From Candidatus Zixiibacteriota bacterium (GTDB lineage: Bacteria > Zixibacteria > MSB-5A5 > UBA10806 > 4484-95): DNA of 64,000 bases. Both the position numbers and the translations under genes were made by a program. Location of the stretch: positions 148,880 through 212,879 of the forward strand of contig JBBIRK010000006.1 in NCBI GenBank assembly GCA_037441845.1, in the 5' to 3' direction. The notes beneath the pieces are model-generated. The model saw only the letters and a list, made by a program, of their open reading frames with translations. It ran no database searches and was not told where the DNA came from. The first letter of the stretch is position 1; the number at the start of each line of letters is the position of its first letter. Shown here piece by piece: positions 27,054 through 37,711 of the stretch.

Positions 27054-28259
27054 TTACTTCTCTTCTTCGCTCTCGTCCTCTTCGAAATACTCCTCATAGA
27101 ACACATAGGGGTTTTCGCGTGGATGAGCGACCATTTCGGGGATCGGTTCCACCCCTATGGCCTCGAGGAAATTCCCCATACCGACGCGTTGGATGAATTC
27201 CCCGACACGCTCCCGGTTTTTCCCTTCCTCACTCCAGATCTCCCAGATTTTGGCCAGAAGTTCCTTGATCTCGGTGTAGGGCGGCTCGATCTTTATAAAG
27301 GGGACTATCACCGATGACAACAGCGCGCCTTCGATAATGGGTGCCTTGGAACCGAGCAACAGCGCCGCGCCTCTGTCTTTTCCCGGCCGAAGCGCTTTGG
27401 GCATGACATTTATGCAGTGCATGCAGCGGCGGCAGTAGCTGTTATCGATATGGAGCTCCTTGCCGTCCCAATCCATGCACTTGGCGGGGCAATTATCGAC
27501 CACTTCCGAGCGGATATCCATTCCTTTGGCGGCATATTCTTTAACCGCTTCCTTATCGACCTGAATGCTGTCGCGCCAAATCCCGATCACCGACAAATCG
27601 GCTCGGGCGATCGATGCCACGCAATCGTTCGGACAACCCGACATTTTAAGTTTGAACTTATAGGGAAACGCCGGCCGGTGAAGCTCATCCTGAAAAGCCA
27701 TCGTTAGGTCGTAAGTCAACGCCAGCGTGTCGTAACAAGCCCATTCGCAGCGGGCGGGACCGACACAGCAACTCGGCGTCCTTACATCTGACCCGGAGCC
27801 GCCCAAATCGAATCCGGCCTGAGTCAATTCGGAAAATATCGGTTCCAACTCGGCCGTCTGGGTGCCCAGGAAAATAATATCGCCGGTGGAGCCGTGCATG
27901 TTGGTCAATCCCGAGCCGTGTTTTTCCCATATATTGCAAAGCGTGCGCAGCGCCTCGGAGGTGTAAAACCAACCCGACGGCTGATTTATACGGATCGTAT
28001 GGAAATGTGAGATGTGGGGGAACTTATCCGGCAGATCGGAATAGCGGCCTATGACTCCGCCGCCGTATCCCATCACGCCCACGATCCCTCCGTGTTTCCA
28101 GTGCCCGATTCGCTCGTTGTATGATTGCTCGAGCTGGCCGAGAAGATCGGTCGCCATCGGGCTTTTCTGGGAGGCAAGCTTGATTTCCTTGACGAAACTC
28201 GGCCATCGGCCTTTCTCGAGTTCGTCAAGCTTGGGTGTCTTGTAATGATTATCGGCCAT
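27054..28259 (-). CDS. dsrA: Dissimilatory sulfite reductase alpha subunit.
   Basis: [21 protein letters not shown]-terminal signature. [17 protein letters not shown] sirohaem-[4Fe-4S] coupling Cys. Ferredoxin domain [10 protein letters not shown]...[12 protein letters not shown]. Acidic C-terminal tail. Confidence 0.9.
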   Translation of the reverse strand: MADNHYKTPKLDELEKGRWPSFVKEIKLASQKSPMATDLLGQLEQSYNERIGHWKHGGIVGVMGYGGGVIGRYSDLPDKFPHISHFHTIRINQPSGWFYTSEALRTLCNIWEKHGSGLTNMHGSTGDIIFLGTQTAELEPIFSELTQAGFDLGGSGSDVRTPSCCVGPARCEWACYDTLALTYDLTMAFQDELHRPAFPYKFKLKMSGCPNDCVASIARADLSVIGIWRDSIQVDKEAVKEYAAKGMDIRSEVVDNCPAKCMDWDGKELHIDNSYCRRCMHCINVMPKALRPGKDRGAALLLGSKAPIIEGALLSSVIVPFIKIEPPYTEIKELLAKIWEIWSEEGKNRERVGEFIQRVGMGNFLEAIGVEPIPEMVAHPRENPYVFYEEYFEEDESEEEK

Positions 28260-28411
28260 CGTTTCTCCTTACACCATTATGGTTGATTCTTTATTATCTT
28301 CCGATTTCTTCGAACAGCGCCCGGCAGCGGCCATGTTCGCCTCCTCGGGCATAAATTGCAGATTTCATCCTGTCCGCTCCGCTCTCCGACCGGCCAACCG
28401 CCTTCCAATCA

Positions 28412-28440
28412 TAGATAGTTAACCCGACGCCGCCAGTCAA
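28412..28440 (-). promoter_or_regulatory. Sigma-70-like promoter candidate upstream of dsrA. On the - strand: TTGACT, 17 nt, TATCTA.
   Basis: The + strand AGTCAA lies at 28435-28440 and TAGATA at 28412-17. The site is roughly 155 nt upstream of the dsrA ATG. A second candidate (TTGATT, 16 nt, TATAAT) lies at 28536-28563 on the - strand. Confidence 0.25.
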
Positions 28441-28621
28441 GAACTATTTGTGAAATTTTTCATTATCTTATTTCGGCTGCGACCCCTTTTCTCATTCATA
28501 AGATTCGCTATTTTTGGCTTCAACGTTTCAGCCAGATTATAGCATCTAAACATGGACAATCAAACTTATTTTTATCCCGATACGACCGCCGATCACCATT
28601 TGCGTTGACTTTCCATCGTAA

Positions 28622-30859
28622 CTACATGCCTTTATATGGATTAGGCCCGATCTTGTCAATCTCCTCGAGAAATCCGTCGAAAATCTCCGGGATTTTCCGA
28701 TAGTCGCTTATAGCCAACTCATGCAGCCTGACCCGTTCCTCCTCCAGCACCAACTGCTTCAATTTCTCCCGTACGTTCGACATCCGCGTTGCCGCCAGCT
28801 CGCTTCCCCTGATAAAGTGGCATTGGTAATCATCGCCCTTTTTGCAACCGATAAGCAGCACGCCGTCGAATCCGCTGGCCAAAGCATCGCTGACCCAGAC
28901 GGTATTCATCGAACCCAGGCATCGCAAAGGGATTAATCGAATCATCGCATTGTAACGCAATCGCATCAATCCGGCCATATCCACCGATGGCAAAGCGTCG
29001 TTTTCGCAGATAAAAGCCAAAATCCGCGGTTTTTCCTCGAACTCGTCGGGAATGTGGATCGATTTGATCATCTGCGACATCATGTTCACGTTGTAGTTCT
29101 TGAACGAGATTATCCGCTCGGGACAGGCGCCCATGCAGACGCCGCAGCGCCGGCAACGGAATGGATTGGGAAGCGGTGTTCCTTTTTCGTCCTCGTCGAG
29201 AGTCCCAAAAGGGCACTCCTCAGTGCACCGCTTGCACTGGGTGCATCGCTGCATGAAAAATTCCGGAAAACTTGCATCTCCCGACCGCGGATGCACGGCC
29301 AGCCCCCGGGATACCGCCTCGACCGCCTGAATCGCTTTCAACGCCGCCCCGTAGGCATCATCGCGGCTCTCGGCGAATCCCATCGGGGCCCGCACCGCCC
29401 CGCAGGCGTAGATCGCCGTCCGCCTGGTTTCATAGGGAAAACAGATATAATGGGAATCGGGAAAGCCGTATTTGAGGGTGGGGAGATCTGTTCCTTGACG
29501 GTAAGTCAAATTGATTATTTTCGCCCCCTTCTCGGCGCCTGCCGCTTCCTTTTTGCCATCGGCGGTGGTGGCTGTTTGATCGCCTGCGGTATCGCCGACG
29601 GATTCCTCCTCGAGCGTCTCGACTTTCGTGGCTGGAACCATCCCCGTGGCCAGGACTACCAAATCCGCCTTGATAGAAATGCTTTCCCCCAAGAGCGTGT
29701 CAGTCGCTGTAACCAGTATTTTCCCCGAATTATCTTTGGCGACTTCCTTGATTTCGCCTTTGGTGAAAAATACGGCGTCATCGTCCTGAACCTGCGCATA
29801 AAACAGCTCTTGCTGGGCAGGAGTCCGCATATCCTTGTAAATAATATAGATTTTTGTGTCGGGATAGCTTCGCCTTATATACAGGGCCTGTTTCAAGGTG
29901 ACCAAACAACAAACCGACGAACAATAGGGGAGATGGTTCTCGTCGCGTGAGCCGGCGCACTGAATGAAAACCACGCTTTCAGGTTTCTTGCCGTCCGATG
30001 GCCGTTTTATTCCCCCGTTGCCCATCATCCGCTCGATATCGACGTTGGTCACGACGTCCGGGGAAATTCCGTAACCCAGATGCGTCAGTTTGCCGGGGTC
30101 GTAGGCGCGCCAGCCGGCCGCCAAAATTATCGCTCCGACCTCGATCTGTTTGCCGCCGGATTCGTTTTTCAAAGTAACGGCGAATTTGCCGGGCTGCCCG
30201 CTGGTTTTTTCGACGACGGTTGACGTGTAAACTTGAATGTTTTTGTTTGAATTCACCTTTTGCAGAAGGTCTTGCAGCCCGGTATCATCGAGGTTCGAAT
30301 AAGGGGAAATACGAGGGTATGATTTCGTAGTTTTCGCCGCCCAGCCGCCGAGCTCTTTTTCTTTTTCGATCAGCACCGCCTGATAACCGGCCTCGGCCAC
30401 GGCCAGAGCCGCCTGTAAACCGCTCATTCCGCCGCCGATCACCATGATCGATTTGCTGGTCGGTTCGATATACGGCTCGGGCGGTTCCGAATTCTGCAGC
30501 CTGGCTATTCCCATTCTGATATAATCCTCGGCCAGCATCTGCGTATCTTCGTCGTTGGGTGCATGAGACCAGGCTACCTGTTCGCGCAAACTGATTCTAT
30601 CGGTTAAGACATCCTTACCGAAATCAAACAGTTCCGTAAATACGCGGCCCGAACAGGCGGCGATCGCCACCCGGTTGAGATTCTCGGCCTTGATATCGTC
30701 CTTTATCGATTCGACCGTTTCTTTGGCGCACAGAACGGCGTGCGATTTGCAAACGGCGGCTTTTCCACCCTTGGCCGCCTCAGCGACGAGTTTTTCGATA
30801 TCGATTGCTTTTTCGATATCACAGCCACGGCAAATATAAACTCCAATTTTCGTGTCCAT
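28622..30859 (-). CDS. qmoB: QmoB, HdrA-like flavoprotein with a C-terminal MvhD-like domain.
   Basis: 745 aa. FAD site IMVIGGGMSGLQAALAVAEAG. Several 4Fe-4S Cys motifs. C-terminal MvhD-like ILAFICENDALPSV...LIGCKKGDDYQCHF. Confidence 0.8.
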   Translation of the reverse strand: MDTKIGVYICRGCDIEKAIDIEKLVAEAAKGGKAAVCKSHAVLCAKETVESIKDDIKAENLNRVAIAACSGRVFTELFDFGKDVLTDRISLREQVAWSHAPNDEDTQMLAEDYIRMGIARLQNSEPPEPYIEPTSKSIMVIGGGMSGLQAALAVAEAGYQAVLIEKEKELGGWAAKTTKSYPRISPYSNLDDTGLQDLLQKVNSNKNIQVYTSTVVEKTSGQPGKFAVTLKNESGGKQIEVGAIILAAGWRAYDPGKLTHLGYGISPDVVTNVDIERMMGNGGIKRPSDGKKPESVVFIQCAGSRDENHLPYCSSVCCLVTLKQALYIRRSYPDTKIYIIYKDMRTPAQQELFYAQVQDDDAVFFTKGEIKEVAKDNSGKILVTATDTLLGESISIKADLVVLATGMVPATKVETLEEESVGDTAGDQTATTADGKKEAAGAEKGAKIINLTYRQGTDLPTLKYGFPDSHYICFPYETRRTAIYACGAVRAPMGFAESRDDAYGAALKAIQAVEAVSRGLAVHPRSGDASFPEFFMQRCTQCKRCTEECPFGTLDEDEKGTPLPNPFRCRRCGVCMGACPERIISFKNYNVNMMSQMIKSIHIPDEFEEKPRILAFICENDALPSVDMAGLMRLRYNAMIRLIPLRCLGSMNTVWVSDALASGFDGVLLIGCKKGDDYQCHFIRGSELAATRMSNVREKLKQLVLEEERVRLHELAISDYRKIPEIFDGFLEEIDKIGPNPYKGM

Positions 30860-30860
30860 C

Positions 30861-32156
30861 TTAATTCCTCCCCGCAGTCACATTTATCGCTTTGAGCGCC
30901 GCTCCGGTGGCATCTCTTACCGAATCGGCTACGTCCGCCGGCCTCAAAGCCGTCCCGGCGCCGATTATCCCCGACTTTTGCTGGGGCACGAAAAATCCAT
31001 ACGGGTCGATTTGCAGATTAAGCGCCGGTGCATCTGCGGCGGTATTAGGAACCATGCCGACCGCCAACACGGCCATCTCGACCTCGTAATCGCAGGTACT
31101 GCCGGTTAGTGTGTCTTCTGCCGTCAGCACCAGATTTCCGTTGGCATCGTTGCGGGTGATTTTGCCCACCTTGCCGCGGTGAAAATGCAATTTCGGATCC
31201 TGTTTCGCCTTGGAGTAGAAATCCTCAAGACGTCCCGGAGATCTTATATCTATGTAAAAGATATGAATATCCGCTTCCGGATACCGGGCTCTTACGTACG
31301 ATGCCTGTTTCATCGAGGCCAAGCAGCAGACGGCCGAACAATAGGGGAGATGATTCTCATCGCGGGAACCGGCGCATTGCACGAAACCGATGCTCGAAAT
31401 CTCCTTGCCGTCCGATGGCTTTACGATTTTACCGCCGTAGGGACCGTTTTCCGAGGCAATTCTTTCCATCATCACGTTGGTGATGACATCGGGATATTTG
31501 CCGAATCCGAGATTGTCCAGCCGTTTGGCGTCATATGGCCTCCAGCCGGTCGCCCAAACTATCGCTTTGGCATTGACCGTTATCTGAATCGGCCGCATGT
31601 CGAAATCGATCGCGCCGTATTCGCATACTTCGGCGCATTTCCTCACTCGGGGATCATTGACATAATTGCCGTCGATAACATACCTGAACGGATAAGCCAT
31701 CAAGTGCGGCAGATAAATCGCCTTGGTTTGATCGAGGCCGTAATTGAAAGTGTTGGGAATGCTTACTTCGCAGGCCTCGGCGCACTTGCCGCAGGCGGTG
31801 CATTTTTCATTAATATAGCGTGGATTTATTTTGATCGACGCCTTGTACGAGCCCGGTGCACCCTCGACCGATTGAATCTCCGTCAATGTCAGGACCTTGA
31901 TGTAGTTGCTGTTTTTGATCCTTTTCAGATTGATCTCCAATCCGCAGGTGGGGGGGCACATTTTCGGAAAGTACTGATTGGTGGCGGCAACCCGACCGCC
32001 CAGCGAGGGCTGCGATTCGATCAACAGCGCGTGATGAAACGTCTCCGCCAACTCGATCGCCGCGGTGATCCCCGCAATGCCGCCCCCGACTATCAACGCG
32101 TCGGTGTTGATTGTTGAGCCTGATTTTAGTTGATTTTCATGGATAATTTGGGTCAT
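30861..32156 (-). CDS. qmoA: QmoA, HdrA-like FAD/FeS flavoprotein.
   Basis: 431 aa. FAD site ALIVGGGIAGITAAIELAE. Ferredoxin Cys motif CTACGKCAEAC. It lies directly upstream of qmoB, 1 nt apart. Confidence 0.8.
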   Translation of the reverse strand: MTQIIHENQLKSGSTINTDALIVGGGIAGITAAIELAETFHHALLIESQPSLGGRVAATNQYFPKMCPPTCGLEINLKRIKNSNYIKVLTLTEIQSVEGAPGSYKASIKINPRYINEKCTACGKCAEACEVSIPNTFNYGLDQTKAIYLPHLMAYPFRYVIDGNYVNDPRVRKCAEVCEYGAIDFDMRPIQITVNAKAIVWATGWRPYDAKRLDNLGFGKYPDVITNVMMERIASENGPYGGKIVKPSDGKEISSIGFVQCAGSRDENHLPYCSAVCCLASMKQASYVRARYPEADIHIFYIDIRSPGRLEDFYSKAKQDPKLHFHRGKVGKITRNDANGNLVLTAEDTLTGSTCDYEVEMAVLAVGMVPNTAADAPALNLQIDPYGFFVPQQKSGIIGAGTALRPADVADSVRDATGAALKAINVTAGRN

Positions 32157-32618
32157 ATAATTCTCCTTAAACCCTTATTCCCGCAACAAATGCTGGTATT
32201 CTCCAAACCCGAAGACTATACCGCAATTTGTGAAATAATTAACAATACCGGGCAAAAAAATCACCGTAAGGTTCTGCAGATTTTCCATAGCCGCTTCAAA
32301 TTAACAATCGCTAATTTCATATGTCAAGCAATAATCCGATTTTTTATCCCGATCATGGTCAACTTATATCATATTAGGAGATTCATTTTTTTTCTTGACA
32401 GGCTTTGTGAAAAAAAATACATTTCCCCCAAGAAATGAAATTTTGGGGAAATCGGCGCCGAGCTGGATTTTTTTGGTGATACATTGTGAAAAAAATAACA
32501 AGAATATTGGCCGCTCAATCTTTCTTTTCCCCGGTTTTCACGCCGATCCGCTTGCTCGATCAATCGAATTTATTCCATCGATATTAATCGAAACAACTAA
32601 AAGGTGACAGGAAGGCCT

Positions 32619-33845
32619 ATGCAAAAAACAAAATTAATATCCCCTCACGGAAGCAAGACGCTGAAAACGCTTCTGCTCGAGGGCAAGGCCAGAGAGGATG
32701 AACTTAAAAAAGCGCAAAAACTGCCGAAAGTAACCATCACCTCGCGGGAAACCGGTGATCTGATAATGCTCGGTATCGGCGGTTTCACCCCTCTCGATGG
32801 CTTCATGGGATATGACGACTGGAAAGGCGTCTGCCAAGACATGAAAATGACCAACGGCATTTTCTGGCCGATCCCGATTACCATGTCCCATTCGGAAAAA
32901 ATCAGTCCCGGAACCGAAATCTGCCTGATTTCCGAAGAAACCAAGGAAATCATGGGCACCATGAAAGTCACCGAATCCTACAAAATCGATAAGGACTTCG
33001 AGTGCAAAAACGTCTTCCGCACCAACGATCCCGAACATCCGGGCGTGAAGATGGTGGCCGAGCAGAAAGAATGGAATATCGCCGGACCGGTGAAAGTTCT
33101 ATCTGAAAGCTATTTCCCCACCGAGTTCGCCGGTATCTACCAAAGACCGGCCGAAAGCCGGAAAATCTTCGAGGAAAAGGGATGGAAAACCATCGCCGCC
33201 CTCCAGCTCCGCAATCCGATGCATCGCTCCCATGAATACCTCGCCAAAATCGCCATCGAGGTTTCCGACGGCCTTTACATTCACCAACTGGTCGGCAAAC
33301 TGAAACCGGGCGATATACCGGCGGATGTCAGGGTCAAATGCATAGATACCCTCGTAAATCTTTACTTCGTTAAAGAACGCGTGGTTTGCGGCGGTTACCC
33401 GCTGGATATGCGTTACGCCGGTCCGCGCGAGGGATTGCTTCATGCCGTTTTCAGACAGAATTTCGGCTGCACTCACATGATTATCGGCCGCGATCATGCC
33501 GGCGTCGGCAATTATTACGGCCCATTCGATGCCCAAGAGATATTCTACCAGCTCTGGGACGGCGCTCTCGAATGCAAAATGCTCCCGATCGACTGGACTT
33601 TCTGGTGCTACAAATGCGGCGGAATGGCTTCGATGAAAACCTGCCCGCACGGCAAAGAAGATCGGCTGCTTTTGAGCGGCACCGCGCTGAGAAAAGGCCT
33701 ATCCGAGGGCGGCGACATTCCGCCCGAATTCAGCCGCAAGGAAGTGCTGGATATCCTCCGCGAATATTATGCCGGGCTGACCGAAAAAGTCGAAATCAAA
33801 CTTCACGGCCATGCCACCGGAGAAGCGGATACGAAGAGAAAATAA
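32619..33845 (+). CDS. sat: Sulfate adenylyltransferase (ATP sulfurylase).
   Basis: [13 protein letters not shown] (the Q-x-R-N...H-x-x-H motif) and [12 protein letters not shown]. The start was set at the ATG at 32619 ([12 protein letters not shown]), which has a GGAAGG RBS; the track ORF begins at a GTG at 32604. Confidence 0.9.
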   Translation: MQKTKLISPHGSKTLKTLLLEGKAREDELKKAQKLPKVTITSRETGDLIMLGIGGFTPLDGFMGYDDWKGVCQDMKMTNGIFWPIPITMSHSEKISPGTEICLISEETKEIMGTMKVTESYKIDKDFECKNVFRTNDPEHPGVKMVAEQKEWNIAGPVKVLSESYFPTEFAGIYQRPAESRKIFEEKGWKTIAALQLRNPMHRSHEYLAKIAIEVSDGLYIHQLVGKLKPGDIPADVRVKCIDTLVNLYFVKERVVCGGYPLDMRYAGPREGLLHAVFRQNFGCTHMIIGRDHAGVGNYYGPFDAQEIFYQLWDGALECKMLPIDWTFWCYKCGGMASMKTCPHGKEDRLLLSGTALRKGLSEGGDIPPEFSRKEVLDILREYYAGLTEKVEIKLHGHATGEADTKRK

Positions 33846-33876
33846 ATCGATAGCTTAAACGATACAGGAGGTTTGA

Positions 33877-34317
33877 ATGCCGAGTTATGTGATTTTCGAC
33901 AAATGTGATGGTTGCAAGGCGCTCGATAAAACGGCCTGCCAGTATATTTGTCCGAATGACTTGATGGTGCTTAACAAAGAAAAAATGAAAGCCTACAATC
34001 AAGAGCCGGAAATGTGCTGGGAGTGCTATAGCTGCGTGAAGATCTGCCCCGTCCAGGCGATCGAAATCCGCGGCTATGCCGATTTCGTGCCGTTGGGTGC
34101 CAGTGTCACCCCCATGAGAAGCAGCGATTCGATCATGTGGACCGTCAAGTTCCGCAACGGAATGCTGAAAAGATTCAAATTCCCGATTCGCACTACTCCG
34201 GAGGGTCAGGCCAAACCGGACGGCGGCTTTGCCACCGCTCACGACGATCTGAACAGCCAAGTCCTGGCCCAAGAGCCCGAGGCGCTGAGAACCAACGAAG
34301 TTTACACCATTAAGTAA
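33877..34317 (+). CDS. aprB: Adenylylsulfate (APS) reductase beta subunit.
   Basis: MPSYVIFDKCDGCKALDKTACQYICPNDLM...CWECYSCVKICPVQAI gives two 4Fe-4S clusters, followed by the AprB C-terminal tail. The RBS is CAGGAGG. Confidence 0.9.
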   Translation: MPSYVIFDKCDGCKALDKTACQYICPNDLMVLNKEKMKAYNQEPEMCWECYSCVKICPVQAIEIRGYADFVPLGASVTPMRSSDSIMWTVKFRNGMLKRFKFPIRTTPEGQAKPDGGFATAHDDLNSQVLAQEPEALRTNEVYTIK

Positions 34318-34337
34318 TAAGTCGGAGGAAGCTGAAT

Positions 34338-36263
34338 ATGTCTCAAAAATTTGAAACCGTAAAAGTAACGACAGATCTGCTTATTCTTGGTGGTGGCATG
34401 GCGGCATGCGGCGCTGCGGTCGAGGCCTCATACTGGGCCAAGAAAAAGGGCTTGAAAGTAACGCTTGTCGACAAGGCGGCCATGGATCGTTCCGGCGCAG
34501 TCGCCATGGGCTTGTCGGCGCTCAATCAATATGTCGGCCTCCACGAGGGCAAAAATACGGTCAAGGATTACGTGGATTACGTGCGTATGGACTTGATGGG
34601 CGTAGTCAGGGAAGACCTCGTCGCCAATATCGCCCGCCACGTCGATTCGACCGTCCACCTCTTCGAAAAATGGGGTCTGCCGATCTGGAAAGACGAAAAA
34701 GGCGGCTATGTCCATGAAGGACGTTGGCAGTTGATGATCAACGGCGAATCCTACAAGGTCGTTATCGCCGAGGCGGCCAAAAACGCGCTTGCCCAAGCCG
34801 GCGGCCAGTATTTCGAACGCATCTTCATCACCGAACCGCTGTTGGATGGCGATCGCATTGCCGGCGCCATCGGTTTCAGTGTCCGCGAAAACAAATTCTA
34901 CGTGTTCAATGCCAAGGCGACAATAGTGGCCATGGGCGGCGCCGTGCATGTGTTCAAACCACGCAGCACCGGCGAGGGTCTCGGGCGCGCCTGGTATCCA
35001 CCCTGGAATTCGGGTTCGAGCGCTTACTTCACCATCAAAGCCGGCGCCGAAATGACCAGCCAGGAAGTCCGCTTCATCCCCGTTCGTTTCAAAGACGCAT
35101 ACGGACCGGTCGGTGCCTGGTTCCTGCTCTTCAAGTCGAGAGCGACCAATGCAATGGGCGGCGACTATATGGTCGAGCGGGTTGACGAATTGCAAAGATG
35201 GAAACCTTACGGCCTGGTGAAACCTATCCCGGCCAACCTGCGCAATTGGCTCGGCATGATGGATACCATGGAAGGCAAAGGCCCGATCTACATGCGCACC
35301 GAAGAAGCGATCAACAAGATAGCCAAGGCTGCCGGCGATGAAAAAGAAGCCAAGAAAAAACTCAAAGAGCTGGAAGCCGAAGCTTGGGAAGACTTCCTCG
35401 ACATGACCATTTCGCAGGCGATCCTCTGGGCTTCAACCAATGTCGAGCCCGAGGTGAAGTCATCCGAAATCGCCGCCGCCGAACCGTATTTCATCGGTTC
35501 CCATTCCGGCGCATCCGGCGCCTGGGTCAGCGGTCCCGAGGATCTCCAGACTCCCGAAACCAAGAAGGAATACTTCTGGGGCTACAGCCACATGTCCACC
35601 GTCAAGGGTATGTTCTGCGCCGGCGATGCTTCGGGTGCCTCGTCGCATAAATTTTCCTCCGGTTCGCATGCCGAGGGCAGAATCGTGGGCAAAGCGGCAA
35701 TCAAGTTCATCGTCGAAAACAACACCCTGCCCAAAATCAACGACGCTGAGGTCGAAGCATTGAAGGCCGCGGTTTACAAGCCGCTGGAGAATTTCGAAAA
35801 ATTCAAAGGCGCCACCACCGATCCCGATATCAACCCCAATTACATCCGGCCGAAGATGTTCATGTTCCGCCTGCAAAAAATAATGGATGAATATGTTGGC
35901 GGCGTCTCGGCTCAGTTCTCCACCAATAAGGCTTGCCTCGATCGGGCGCTCGAATTGATCGGCTATCTCAAGGAAGACAGCGAAAAACTGGCGGCCAAAG
36001 ACCTTCACGAACTCATGCGTTGCTGGGAAAACGTCCAGAGGATGTGGCAGGCGGAAGCTCACGCTCGCACCATTCAGTTCCGCGAGGAAACAAGATGGCC
36101 GGGCTATTACCGCCGCGCCGATTTCCCCACCATGGACGAGAAAAACTGGCATTGCTTCGCCAACTGCCGCTGGGACCGCAACAAAAAGAGCTGGGAAATG
36201 ATCAAACGGCCGATGCTTCATATCTATCCCCAGCCACAAGAACACGAGTTGCTTGGCGGTTAG
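34338..36263 (+). CDS. aprA: Adenylylsulfate (APS) reductase alpha subunit (FAD).
   Basis: The N-terminal FAD motif is DLLILGGGMAACGAAVEAS. The 641-aa fumarate-reductase-family flavoprotein follows aprB. Confidence 0.9.
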   Translation: MSQKFETVKVTTDLLILGGGMAACGAAVEASYWAKKKGLKVTLVDKAAMDRSGAVAMGLSALNQYVGLHEGKNTVKDYVDYVRMDLMGVVREDLVANIARHVDSTVHLFEKWGLPIWKDEKGGYVHEGRWQLMINGESYKVVIAEAAKNALAQAGGQYFERIFITEPLLDGDRIAGAIGFSVRENKFYVFNAKATIVAMGGAVHVFKPRSTGEGLGRAWYPPWNSGSSAYFTIKAGAEMTSQEVRFIPVRFKDAYGPVGAWFLLFKSRATNAMGGDYMVERVDELQRWKPYGLVKPIPANLRNWLGMMDTMEGKGPIYMRTEEAINKIAKAAGDEKEAKKKLKELEAEAWEDFLDMTISQAILWASTNVEPEVKSSEIAAAEPYFIGSHSGASGAWVSGPEDLQTPETKKEYFWGYSHMSTVKGMFCAGDASGASSHKFSSGSHAEGRIVGKAAIKFIVENNTLPKINDAEVEALKAAVYKPLENFEKFKGATTDPDINPNYIRPKMFMFRLQKIMDEYVGGVSAQFSTNKACLDRALELIGYLKEDSEKLAAKDLHELMRCWENVQRMWQAEAHARTIQFREETRWPGYYRRADFPTMDEKNWHCFANCRWDRNKKSWEMIKRPMLHIYPQPQEHELLGG

Positions 36264-36305
36264 ATTTACGGTGCTTGGAAGGGAATCATTCCCTTGGTGA
36301 ATGGA

Positions 36306-36342
36306 GAATCCTCCGGTGGATGCCGGAGGATTCTTGATTTTT
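36306..36342 (+). terminator. Rho-independent terminator after aprA.
   Basis: Perfect 11-bp stem GAATCCTCCGG / CCGGAGGATTC with a 6-nt loop (36306-36333), followed by TTGATTTTT. Confidence 0.6.
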
Positions 36343-36569
36343 AGGCGGACCTTCATCGGAGGCCGAATCGCCGGTTGGCGGAAATGCCTTTGGCTGAAAT
36401 GAGCGGCGATTCCCGATTGTCTTAGGTGGGCCTGAAAGGCGATGTTCGGTGTTTTTTCGAATCGGTTTCAAGACCGATGATTGACTTTGACCGCCGATTG
36501 ACTATATTGTTTACGATCGCCCCGGACTTAAATTACGATGCCTTGATTTAGGGCCGATACCGGAGGAAG

Positions 36570-36839
36570 ATGATGACGAACGATAGCAAATTGAATTGCC
36601 CGCACTGCGGAAAATCGTTGAACAAATGGATGCCGCCCATTGAATCATCTTGGGGTCAAAACCCCCAGTACGTATGTTTCAACGACGAATGCCCTTATTA
36701 TGTCCGCGGCTGGGAGTGGATGAAGAATCAATTTCAACAACATGCCTCTTACCGTCACCGCTATAATCCGGCCAACGGGGAGGAGGGGCCGCTGCCCGTC
36801 TGGTCGCCCGAGGCATTGAAAGACGGAATCATCAAATAA
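36570..36839 (+). CDS. Small zinc-ribbon-like hypothetical protein.
   Basis: CPHCGKS...[10 protein letters not shown] gives two CxxC pairs. The protein is 89 aa. A TTGACT/TATATT promoter-like pair lies about 50 nt upstream. Confidence 0.35.
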   Translation: MMTNDSKLNCPHCGKSLNKWMPPIESSWGQNPQYVCFNDECPYYVRGWEWMKNQFQQHASYRHRYNPANGEEGPLPVWSPEALKDGIIK

Positions 36840-36850
36840 ATGGATAGAAC

Positions 36851-37663
36851 ATGGAAGAAATCGAAAAACTGAAAAAAACGATACTCGCCGAGTATCCGAG
36901 ATTGAATCGCGCAAACGAGTTTTCTTTCAAATGCCATCCCGGGGTCAGCTGTTTCAACGTTTGCTGCGCCGATGTCAATATCTTTCTGACCCCTTACGAT
37001 ATCCTGAGGTTGAAACATAATTTGGGCATCTCCTCCGAAAAGTTCCTTTCGGACTATACGATCTCTCCTTTCGACGAAAAGCTGAAATATCCTATCGTGA
37101 TGTTGAAAATGGAGGATGACGAACGCAAGAGCTGTCCCTTCGTCGGCCCGGATGGCTGCCGAGTATATGCCGATCGACCCTGGGCCTGCCGCATGTATCC
37201 TTTGGGTCTTGCCTCGCCGAAAGAAAACAGCGGAATAGCGGACGATGAGTTTTATTTCTTATTGCAGGAGGATATCTGTCGGGGATTCGAGGAAAATCGC
37301 CGTTTAAGCGTGGCTGAATGGATCGACGAACAGGGAATCGCCGAATACGACGAGATGGGTAAATATCATAAAGAGCTTACCCTTCATGATTTTTTCCAAA
37401 AAGAAGGAAACAACCTCACTCCGGCCAAAATAGAAATGTTTTTCCTGACTTGCTACAATCTCGACCAATTCCGGGAATTCGTTTTCGGCAGCAGTTTTCT
37501 GGAAAAGTTCGATATCGACACGGAGACCCAAACCACCATCAAAGACAATGACGTCGAGCTGCTGAAATTCGGATACCGTTGGCTGAAATTCGCTCTATTC
37601 GGCGAAAAAACCATGAAAATAAAAGATGAAATAATTTCAAAGATAAAGTCGGGGAATTCATGA
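36851..37663 (+). CDS. YkgJ/UPF0153-family putative Fe-S or zinc-binding protein.
   Basis: CHPGVSCFNVCCAD and CPFVGPDGCRVYADRPWACRMYP match the YkgJ CxxxCC...C...YxxRPxxCRxYP pattern. Confidence 0.55.
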   Translation: MEEIEKLKKTILAEYPRLNRANEFSFKCHPGVSCFNVCCADVNIFLTPYDILRLKHNLGISSEKFLSDYTISPFDEKLKYPIVMLKMEDDERKSCPFVGPDGCRVYADRPWACRMYPLGLASPKENSGIADDEFYFLLQEDICRGFEENRRLSVAEWIDEQGIAEYDEMGKYHKELTLHDFFQKEGNNLTPAKIEMFFLTCYNLDQFREFVFGSSFLEKFDIDTETQTTIKDNDVELLKFGYRWLKFALFGEKTMKIKDEIISKIKSGNS

Positions 37664-37711
37664 TTTCCGGCGGTTCTAAGTTAGGTGATTAGATAACGCC
37701 ATCGGCCCTTG

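Noticed and set aside
29054-29950. 298-aa + strand ORF inside qmoB. Also 31179..32117 (+) inside qmoA, and 19822..20547 (+) inside dsrK.
   Set aside because: They are antisense shadows of genes with strong family signatures and have no motifs of their own.
34428-36356. Two long - strand ORFs (34428..35195 and 35460..36356) overlapping aprA.
   Set aside because: AprA on the + strand has an unmistakable FAD motif and an RBS. GC-rich coding sequence commonly yields open antisense frames.
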